Shown here one piece after another: positions 12,858 through 22,293 of a stretch of 64,000 bases of DNA; positions within the stretch are counted from its first letter, which is position 1; every line of letters begins with the position of its first letter. Position numbers and translations under genes: made by a program. Origin of the DNA: Octopus vulgaris. Lineage: Eukaryota. Below the pieces are notes generated by a model that saw nothing but the letters and a program-made list of their open reading frames with translations, was not told the origin of the DNA and did no database searches. The stretch spans positions 24,428,001-24,492,000 of the forward strand of contig OX597815.1 in NCBI GenBank assembly GCA_951406725.2. Reading direction: 5' to 3'.

Positions 12858-13224
12858 GGAAGCACTCCGTCAGTTACGACGACGAGGGTTCCGGTTGATC
12901 CAATCAACGGAACAGCCTGCTCGTGAAATTAACGTGTAAGTGGCTGAGCACTCCACAGACACGTGTAACCTTAACGTAGTTCTCAGGGATATTCAGCATA
13001 ACACAGAGAGTGACAAGGCCGGCCCTTTGAAATACAGGTACAACAGAAACAGGAAGTAAGAGTGAGAGAAAGTTGTGGTGAAAGAGTACAGCAGGGATCA
13101 CCACCATCCCTGCCGGAGCCTCGTGGAGCTTTAGGTGTTTTCGCTCAATAACCACTCACAACGCCCGGTTTGGGAATCGAAACCGCGATCCTACGACCGT
13201 GAGTCCGCTGCCCTAACCACTGGG
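12858..13224 (-). mobile_element. tRNA-derived SINE, family 2 (also 39968-40348 + and 60706-61072 -)
   Basis: Head GGCCCAGTGGTTAGGGCAGCGGACTC...GGTTTCGATTCCC with A/B boxes, followed by a shared body of about 300 bp. Confidence 0.85.
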
Positions 13225-13334
13225 CGTAAGTATTATGAAACAATGTCAGTATTTTACTTAGTGTTACAATATGCTGTGTCATGTGATATCACCATGTACA
13301 ATGTTCCATTGTATAGGACATGTAACAATATTAC

Positions 13335-13562
13335 TGGTGAGCTGGCAGAAACGTTAGCACACCGGATGAAATGCTTAGCAGTATTTCATCTGCTGTTATG
13401 TTCTGAGTTCAAATTTCACCAAGGTCGACTTTGCCTTTCACCCTTTCAGGGTCGATAAATGAAGTACCAGTTACACACTAGGGTTGATGTAATCGACGTA
13501 ATCCGTTTGTCTGTCCTTGTTTGTGCCCTCTGTGTTTAGCCCCTTGTGGTTTGTAAAGAAAT
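13335..13562 (+). mobile_element. SINE, family 3 (also 39617-39835 +, 41321-41555 -, 61183-61410 +, degenerate copy about 4000-4165)
   Basis: GGCGAGCTGGCAGAA...GAGTTCAAATT head, GACTTTGCCTTTC...GGGTCGATAAA..AGTACCAG body, AATAAAGAAATA tail; the 41.3 kb copy has TSD-like TTATACCAATATT. Confidence 0.8.
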
Positions 13563-14605
13563 AGACATATAATCATTATAATTTTAATGTCCACTTTTCC
13601 ATGCTAGCATGGATCAGATGGAATTTATTGTGGCAGGTTTCCTATGTCTGGATGCCTATCTTGTCAGCACTTTTCATCTGTTTCCCAGTAAAGTAGTTTT
13701 CCCCATGGCCAGACATATTTTCACAGAAAACTGGAAATGAATAACATCACATTAATGATAGTGATGCTTACTTCTCCTATCACATGATGTCAAAACAAGG
13801 AGATACAAACACACACATATTTACATCATCATCATTATCATCATCGTTTAGCGTCTGTTTTCCATGCTAGCATGGGTTGGACGGTTCTACTAGGGTCTGT
13901 GAAGCCAGAAGGCTTCATCAGGCCCAGTCAAATCTGGCAGTGTTTCTACGGCTGGATGCCCTTCCTAACGCCAACCACTCCGTGAGTGTAGTGGGTGCTT
14001 TTACACGTATAATGAGCTTTCAGTTTCTGTCTATCAAGTCCACTCAGAAGGCTGTAGATGGTGTGGGGCTATACTAGTGGACACTATACAGGAAGGGCAT
14101 CCAGCTGTAGAAACACTTCCAGATCAGACTGGAGCCTGGTGCAGCTTCCTGGCTTCCCAGACCCCGGTCAAACTGTCCAACCCATGCTAGCATGGAAAAC
14201 GGACATTAAATGATGATGATGATGATGATGATGAATCAATTATAAAAGGATTCAAATAGTTGATCAAGATGCCTTTTAGTTGGGAACCAAACTTCTTAAC
14301 CACACATTTATGCCTGTGAAATATTGTTTTCAAATGCTTGTAAGTTACCCTAGAATTGGTTGATCCTTTATCCTATCTCGTTGGATGTGGTTGTTTTGAA
14401 AGCATTGTAACAATGTAAGAATGGATTAAAAAATATCAGGAAATAATTATTGTTGTTAGCAACAAAATAATTCTCTTTTTATGTGAATGGCATATATTAC
14501 GATTTCAAAACTTGACTTCATGTATACTTTCCTTTATATTTATGCTAGTAGTTTTAGCTCAAATATTGATCTTAATTCTGAATTTCATTTGCTCTCTATT
14601 TTCAG

Positions 14606-14752
14606 GTTTATCCTGATACAGATCTGATATATGACTTTGACCAGAAGGCTCCTCAACATTACAGTATACTAGTACAAACAGCTGCACATGTTGCTGGTGC
14701 TGCATATTATTATCAAAAGAAGGATGTGATAAATAATCCTTGGGGAGATAAG
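14606..14752 (+). CDS. MMACHC: MMACHC homologue copy A, exon 3 (VYPDTDLIYDFDQKAPQHYSILVQTAAHVAGAAYYYQKKDVINNPWGDK)
   Basis: TTTTCAG acceptor and GTTTGT donor; contains the family signature QTAAHVAGAAYYYQ and PWG; not in the ORF track, read manually. Confidence 0.96.
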
Positions 14753-15676
14753 GTTTGTTATTTGATGTTGCTTTTATCAAATTTATTGTTATTGTGGTTT
14801 CATAGCTTGTAGCTGTTAACTCTACAAGATTAATGAAATAAAAACCAGTAATAATCTAATGTCAATTTATTGATAATCAAAAGATCAAATGGAAATTGTA
14901 GATGTGATACTTGTGCCGGTGGCACATAAAAAGCACCATCTGAACGTGGCTGATGCCAGCGCCGCCTTCACTGGTTTCCATGCCGGTGGCACATAAAAAG
15001 CTCCGACTGATCGTGACTGTTGCCAGCCTTGCCTGGCACCTGTGCCGGTGGAACATAAAAAGCACCCACTACACTCACGGAGTGGTTGGCATTAGGAAGG
15101 GCATCCAGCTGTAGAAACATTGCCAGATCAGACTGGAGCCTGGTGCAGCCTCCTGGCTTCTCAGACCCCGGTCGGACTGTCCAACCCATGCTAGCATGGA
15201 AAACGGACATTAAACGATGATGAATCAGTTATAAAAGGAAATGTCCATTTTACTCTGTGAAATTAAATGAGCATTTAAACTATTGTCAATACTGTAACAT
15301 GTATTGATTTACTAATGTGTATTATTTATCATTTTATAAATCTTTATAGATGTTAGCTGAAATTTATATACTGGAAATTAGGTTTTGATTTTAGGATGAT
15401 GAAAGTATTTAAAAATCCTTACTGAAAAGTACAATATCCTGAGTTTTTATAATTACTGCATAGGAAACTCTGTTACAATACATTCATCTAATGAATGATT
15501 TTCACCATACTATACAAATCCTTATATTCTTTTTTACAGAAAACAAAAAAACAAAAAAAGGAAGATGAAGACAAACAATTAACAAATTCTTTTTCTATTT
15601 ATTCACTTTGATATTGTAATGTTTATTAACAGACACAAGAACCTGGAAAAATTATTCATTTTCTTTACTATTTCAG

Positions 15677-15985
15677 ACCATCTTTGGAATTAGTATTCAT
15701 CCGCAATATGGTGGCTGGTTTGCTATAAGAGCTGCTATTATCTTTAAAAATCTCAAGTTTGCAGACTTAAAGAAGAAAGACCCAGTTGATGTTATACCAG
15801 ATCAAGAGACTAGAATAAAACTACTAAACATGTTAAATGAAGATTGGGAATATTGGAAAGCTCGTGACATAATAAAAGTGTCTGAAAGATATACAGCAGA
15901 GGCCATTAATTATTTCAAAACACTTCCCAAAGATAGGTACAAATTAATTGAAGATATGCAGGCAAACAGGAAGAACAATGCTTAA
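15677..15985 (+). CDS. MMACHC: MMACHC homologue copy A, exon 4 (TIFGISIHPQYGGWFAIR...WKARD...ERYT...NYFKTLPKDRY...NA*)
   Basis: TTTCAG acceptor; IHPxxGGWFAIR, WxxWxxRD and ERY motifs; TAA at 15983-15985. Spliced protein is 245 aa with no frameshift or internal stop. Confidence 0.96.
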   Translation, partial: TIFGISIHPQYGGWFAIRAAIIFKNLKFADLKKKDPVDVIPDQETRIKLLNMLNEDWEYWKARDIIKVSERYTAEAINYFKTLPKDRYKLIEDMQANRKNNA

Positions 15986-16739
15986 CCCTTTTGTTACCAA
16001 GCCGGCTGAAACCGGCTCTGGTTCTGAGTACAAATGTCTTGTTTTCATAAGTTTTGAATTAAAATCTTCCACCAAACCTTAGTCACAATTTATGTTCCTA
16101 ACACTAGCTTAATGATAACTAAGTTATTTTACTAAATTCTTTGTTATATTTAAAGTAATTGAAAGAAACATCATCATCATTCATCATTGTTCGACCGTAG
16201 TTGAGACACTGGAATTTACCATGCTACGCCAGACTTCACGGTCCATCATGGCATTACGGAGGTCCTGTTGCTGGATGCCTGTATCCCTGGAGATTAAATC
16301 AGGGTAGGAGAGTGTGCTCCCTCTGGTATTGCGAGTAGATGGCTTCCAGAGGAGAAGAGTAGAAATTACCTCTTTTTCAGCTCTACAACAATGTCCAGCA
16401 AACTGGACTCTCCTACCTTTCACAAGAGATGATGCAGGTGGTAGTTTCCCATATATTTGCATTTTGGTTGGATGGCGCTTCCACGAGAGATTTTGAGCTC
16501 TCATAAGGAGGCGAGTGTAGGTTCCATCCAACCGCCTCTCAAGCTTCTTTGATAACGTCCAGGTTTCTGAGCCATATAGTAGAATTAGTTCGACTGTGGC
16601 TTTGAAGATTTCAAGTTTGAAGTCTCTACTTAGATTTGATGACCAGATCTTATGCATGTCATTACAGGCTGACCAGTACAGGCTGACCTTTCTAGAAAGA
16701 AACACAGAGCACCTCAAAAGAAATACAATAACAAAAGGG
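15986..16739. mobile_element. TTAA-specific (piggyBac-like) MITE inserted at the MMACHC stop codon
   Basis: TIRs CCCTTTTGTTA / TAACAAAAGGG flanked by TTAA (15982-15985) and CTAA (16740-16743); copy B starts at 63835. Confidence 0.78.
16171..16694 (-). mobile_element. RTE LINE 3' fragment nested in the MITE
   Basis: ORF with ILLYGSETWTL...LDGTYTRLLMR...FAGHCCR; (TGA)n-like tail; 10-bp TSD GAAAGAAACA at 16161-16170 and 16695-16704. Confidence 0.92.
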
Positions 16740-17473
16740 CTAAATGCTTCTGTGATTTATTATATATTCTAATACAATAGCTTATTATACATGTATTCTA
16801 TAACAGATTATGTATTTACATATACAAATGCTTTTACTTTTTATAAATGTTATGGGGTATCGTACGTGTAATAAAATACAATGTGTGTCTTGTTGGTCAT
16901 GCTGGTAGAAAAAGGCTAAAAGAACAAATGTAGTGAGAGTGAGTGGCAATCAGAAGTGCTAAATGAAGGAGTACTGTAGTAAAGGGTTTTCTTCTGAAAT
17001 CTCTGGCATTTTAATGAAAATAAAATTGCAAATTTTTATTATAAATTGTATTTAGATTGTCAGTTTATCACACTCATGCACACACATTCATGTGTTTCCA
17101 TATGTATTCATGTGCATGGTTGTATATAAATATGCATGTGCATCTTTGAGTATATATACATACACACATGTATATATATATATATAGTAGTAAAAGAAAA
17201 GAGGAATTTCGATTATCCCTACGTGGTGAGTTGTAATCATCATCATCATCATTTAACGTCCGTTTTCCGCGCTAGCACGGGTTGGACGGTTTCGACCGGG
17301 GTCTGGGGAGCTCGGGACTGCCCCAGGCTCCAGTCTAGTCTGGCAGTGTTTCTACAGCTGGATGCCCTTCCTAACGCCAACCACTCCGCGAGTGTAGTGG
17401 GTGTTTTTTACGTGCCACCTGCACAGGTGCCAGAGGGGTCTGGCATCGGCCACGTTCGGATAGTGCTTTTTAT

Positions 17474-18068
17474 GGGGGGGTGCAGAAATATAGGGGAGCA
17501 CCAGTGGGAGGGATGGTTCAGAGGACAGGTACTAGGCAAGTAGAACGTAGGATATCGAGAGAGGGGTAATGCATGGTGAAATAGCGTATTGAAGAGGGGG
17601 CTTCAAAGAGTAGACACCTATAATGGTGGTGGGGGTGCAGAAATATAGGGGAGCACCAGTGGGAGGGGTGGTTCAGAGGACAGGTTCTAGGCAAGTAGAA
17701 CGTAGGATATCGAGAGAGGGGTAATGCATGGTGAAATAGCGTATTGAAGAGGGGGTTCAAAGAGTAGACACCTATAATGGTGGTGGGGGGTGCAGAAATA
17801 TAGGGGAGCACCAGTGGGAGGGGTGGTTCAGAGGACAGGTTCTAGGCAAGTGGAACGTAGGATATCGAGAGAGGGGTAATGCATGGTGAAATAGCGTATT
17901 GAAGAGGGGGTTCAAAGAGTAGACACCTATAATGGTGGTGGGGGGTGCAGAAATATAGGGGAGCACCAGTGGGAGGGGTGGTTCAGAGGACAGGTACTAG
18001 GCAAGTGGAACGTAGGATATCGAGAGAGGGGTAATGCATGGTGAAATAGCGTATTGAAGAGGGGGTTC
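17474..18068 (+). repeat. 155-bp G-rich tandem repeat, about 3.8 copies
   Basis: TGCAGAAATATAGGGG at 17481, 17636, 17791 and 17946. Confidence 0.95.
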
Positions 18069-18921
18069 GTAATGTATATAAGAAATTAAAAAAGGAAAAT
18101 GTGTATTTTCCTTTTTTAATTTCTTATATATTGTATATATATGTATATATATATGTATGTATATATATATATATATATAAAAGCCTCGTCTGGCACCTGT
18201 GTCGGTGGCACATAAAAACACCATCCGAGCGTGGTCGTCTGCCAGCCTTGTCTGGCACCTGTGTCGGTGGCACATAAAAACACCATCCGAGCGTGGCCGT
18301 TCGCCAGCCTCGTCTGGCACCTGTGTCGGTGGCACATAAAATCACCCACTACACTCTCGGAGTGGTTGGCGTTAGGAAGGGCATCCAGCTGTAGAAACAC
18401 TGCCAGATCTGACTGGCCTGGTGCAGCCTTCGGGCTCCCCAGACACCAGTTGAACCGTCCAACCCATGCTAGCATGGAAAGCGGACGTTAAATGATGATG
18501 ATGATGATGATGAAATATATGTAAAAGTATAAATGTGTATATATATATATATATATATATAAATATCTATAAATGTATTTATATACTTACAAGATAAAGG
18601 TATAGTCATAAAATGATTATATCAGTTGCCTAGCACTTAAAAATGGTCGTATAGGTAACATTAATTTTTTTAATGTTTATAATTATAGAGATATAGTTAT
18701 GGGCCAATGACAAGCACCAATGCTAGAAATAAGTATCAAATACCTATAATCCACTCTACAATTTGTTCTATATATAAGATATAGAGAACAAATTGTAGAG
18801 TGGATTGTAGCTAATTGACATCTATTTCTAGCATTGGCACTGGTCATTTCCAGTAGCCCTTAAATATGATTATATCGTTATAATTGTATACATAAAACAA
18901 TTCATGTTAGATATGACTGTA

Positions 18922-18973
<52 letters not shown>

Positions 18974-19000
18974 CAAAATAAGCAGCAAGAATGACTCCGG

Positions 19001-19093
19001 TAATTTGGTACGATCGTTTCATATTACATCATTTTATTAAATGTTGTAAGTATTACAACAGATTTAAGATGCTGAGTACTCATCAGCCAATTA
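19001..19093 (-). ncRNA. Type I hammerhead ribozyme motif with intact core and long stem II
   Basis: Minus strand: UAAUUGG-CUGAUGA-[59-nt interrupted hairpin]-GAAA-CGAUCG-UA-CCAAAUUA; stem I UUGG/CCAA; palindromic stem III ACGAUCGU; GUA cleavage triplet. Confidence 0.72.
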
Positions 19094-19207
19094 TAGAGGA
19101 TTTTTATGGATAACACCATTCAAAATTCTGGTGCATCTAAATTAAGTACCATATTCATTTGAATCTAAATTTTTGCTGAACTTATATATATATATATATA
19201 TATATAT

Positions 19208-19710
19208 GGCCTTCGATGCTGGTCATTTTTGCTTCTTGTAGCACGCTGACGTTTGTTCTTCTGTCTTCCCAGCCAACTAAGATGGAGCGGCCATGTGGTT
19301 AGAATGACTGATGAATGACTTCCCAAACAGATCTTCTACTCCCAACTCAAAGACGGCAAGCGTACAAAAGGAGGCCAGAAGAAACGCTACAAGGACTCCC
19401 TGAAAACAAACCTCAAAAAGTGTGACATCGACTTCACCAACTGGGAGGAAACGGCAAAAAACAGACCACTCTGGAAAACCATCCATGAGGGAACGGCGAC
19501 TTTCGAGTCGAAAAGGTCTACAGAGATGGAGGAGAAAAGACGACGATGGAAGGAGCACCAACAATAACCACGTGCAACTCTCCCTTTCAGCACTAGATGT
19601 CTGCACTGCGACCGATCTTTTCAAGCAAGAATTGGTCTTATCGGTCACCTACGGACTCACCAGTAAATTTGCGCGAAGACCATCATCCTCGACCTTGAGG
19701 GATTGCCATC

Positions 19711-19711
<1 letters not shown>
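19208..19711 (+). mobile_element. RTE (BovB-like) LINE 3' end with an inverted 5' piece
   Basis: QLRWSGHVVRM..LPKQIFYSQL..GGQKKRYKDSLK..C2H2 finger CLHCDRSF..GLIGHLRTH; 19208-19271 encodes WEDRRTNVSVLQEAKMTSIE on the minus strand. Confidence 0.88.
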
Positions 19712-19746
<35 letters not shown>

Positions 19747-19972
19747 TTTATTTAAAAGCTGCAGAAATATAACAAAAGCTGTTTCATGTTCCTGTTTGGA
19801 CAGTTTTGTTAATATGGAACCATTTTAACAACACTGTCCAACGAATGGGAACAGGAAACTCTGAGTAACAGCTTTTGTTATATTTCTGCTGCTTTTAAAT
19901 ATAGCATATTACTCTACCTCTGGTATTTGAGTACTCTTTTTTCCACCTTGTTTCACATTTATGTGCTTACTC

Positions 19973-19975
<3 letters not shown>
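19747..19975. mobile_element. Hairpin-forming Penelope-like terminal-repeat fragment (near-identical copy at 21759-21986)
   Basis: Self-complementary TTTAAAAGC.GCAGAAATATAACAAAAGC / GCTTTTGTTATATTTCTGCTGCTTTTAAA; sits in (TA)n; contains a decayed hammerhead-like motif. Confidence 0.55.
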
Positions 19976-20026
<51 letters not shown>

Positions 20027-20144
20027 GGGAAGCTTTATGAAAAAGACGAAGGCAGGTTTACGGAAATAAACAAAAGACGAAGGCAGGTGGAATACAAACA
20101 AACAATTGTATTAGTATGGCGCTCAGGAATATAAATAAAACAAG

Positions 20145-20182
20145 TCTTTTACGTTTCGAGCCTACGCTCTTCAACAGAAAGA
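20145..20182 (-). ncRNA. Minimal type I hammerhead motif (A6U variant)
   Basis: Minus strand UCUUU-CUGUUGA-A-GAGC-GUAG-GCUC-GAAA-CG-UA-AAAGA: 5-bp stem I, 4-bp stem II, palindromic ACGU in place of stem III. Confidence 0.62.
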
Positions 20183-20459
20183 TACACAGAAAAGAAACAC
20201 GGAGAGAAACAAGGAGAGAAAAAAAATGCGTGCAGAAGCTAGCGATACTCTTTTACTCTTTTACTTGTTTCAGTCATTTGACTGCGGCCATGCTGGAGCA
20301 CCGCCTTTAATCGAGCAACTCGACCCCGGGACTTATTCTTTGTAAGCCCAGTACTTATTCTATCAGTCTCTTTTTGCCGAACCGCTAAGTGACGGGGACA
20401 TAAACACACCAGCATCGGTTGTCAAGTAATGCTAGGGGGACAAACACAAAACATACACG

Positions 20460-20499
<40 letters not shown>

Positions 20500-20824
20500 T
20501 ACGACGGGCTTCTTTCAGTTTCCGTCTACCAAATCCACTTTGGTCGGCCCGAGGCTATAGTAGAAGACACTTGCCCAAGGTGCCATGCAGTGGGACTGAA
20601 CCCGGAACCATGTGGCTGGTAAACAAGCTACTTACCACATAGCCAATATGTATATACAGAGTTATTCAAAAAGAAAAAGCAGATTTTAAATTTATTTTTA
20701 AAACAAACGGTAAGAGACACAAACACATTCTATGTATTTCTTGATAGGGCAAGGTTTAAAGTTCACAGCTGAAGATGATCAATTGAATTAAGCCTTAAAT
20801 AAAATAATATTTTAATTTTCTTTT

Positions 20825-21650
20825 AACGTTTCATTTTGTTCATGTTTTGGCTAATATACCCTCCGGCCTTTATCAGGTGTCTGGGGGAAATTTCGAACCT
20901 GTGTTCTCAAACCTAAGGTAATTTTCAATGTTGTTATTATTAAAGAAGTGATTTTAAATTCTCAAACACAGGATAATGCTAATAATACAGCCTGAACAGG
21001 ATAAGCTACCCCTATTTTGCAGAAAAAAGTGTTGGCGGCCGGCTATGTGTTATTATTATTATTATTATTATTATTATCATTCAGGTCACTACCTGGAATA
21101 TGTATATCGAACTTGGAAACTGGGGTTAGTAGCCCGCACTCTTAACCACTACGCCAGTAGCCCACAGGCATATGGCATAGTGGTTAAGAGTGCGGGCTAC
21201 TAACCGCAAGTTTTCGGAGTTCGATTCCAGGCAGTGACCTGAATAATAATAATAATGATAATGATAATAATAATAATGATAATAATAATAATGATAATAA
21301 TAATAATGATAAAAATAAATAACATCCATCCATGAATTTATTTATTTATTTATTAATTTTTAAATACATATGTTATCTGTGAATTTGCGTGTGTAATCTG
21401 GGAATGCATACAATGCCCTTCTCTGCCCTAGGTGCATGGAAAACACTCGGCGAGAAACGGAAGAAAATTTGAAGAAAGAAGGAAAAAACATAATAATAAT
21501 AATGATAATAATAATAATAATAGTAATAATAATAATAATAATAATGATAACATCAAAAAATACCTTAGGAACGAGAACCCACGTTTGAAATTTCCCCATG
21601 ACACCTAATGAAGGCTGGAGGGTATATGAGCCAAAACATTGTGTTAACAA
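20825..21650. repeat. Degenerate nested palindrome with a head-to-head pair of tRNA-like sequences at its centre
   Basis: 20841-20941 pairs with 21540-21640; 21047-21155 pairs with 21172-21310, with (TAT)n/(ATA)n tails. Confidence 0.8.
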
Positions 21651-22135
21651 CAAACAAGATGAGGACAAATATCTATCAAATGTAAATAATGTACATAATT
21701 CCTCATCTCTTAAATATAGAACTATATATATATATGTATGTATATATATATATATATACTTTATTTAAAAGCAGCAGAAATATAACAAAAGCTGTTTCAT
21801 GCTCCCATTTGGACAGTTTTGTTAATATGGAACCATTTTAACAAAACTGTCCAACGAATGGGAACAGGAAACTCTGAGTAACGGCTTTTGTTATATTTCT
21901 GCTGCTTTTAAATATAGCATATTACTCTACCTCTGGTATTTGAGTACTCCTTTTTTCCACCTTGTTTCACATTTATGTGCTTACTCGTGGTTGGCGTTAG
22001 GAAGGGCATCCAACTGTAGAAACACTGCCAGATCAGACTGGAGCCTGGTGCAGCGCCTGGCTTCCCAGACCCTGGTCGAACCATCCAACCCGTGCTAGCA
22101 CGGAAAACGGACGTTAAACGATGATGATGATGATG

Positions 22136-22215
<80 letters not shown>

Positions 22216-22293
22216 GTATATATATATGTATATATATGTATATATATATGTATATATATGTATATATATATGTATATATATGTATATATATAT

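Noticed and set aside
18690-18860. Hairpin elements here and at 24281-24381 as further ribozymes
   Set aside because: The inverted repeats are real, but the catalytic core cannot be reconstructed.
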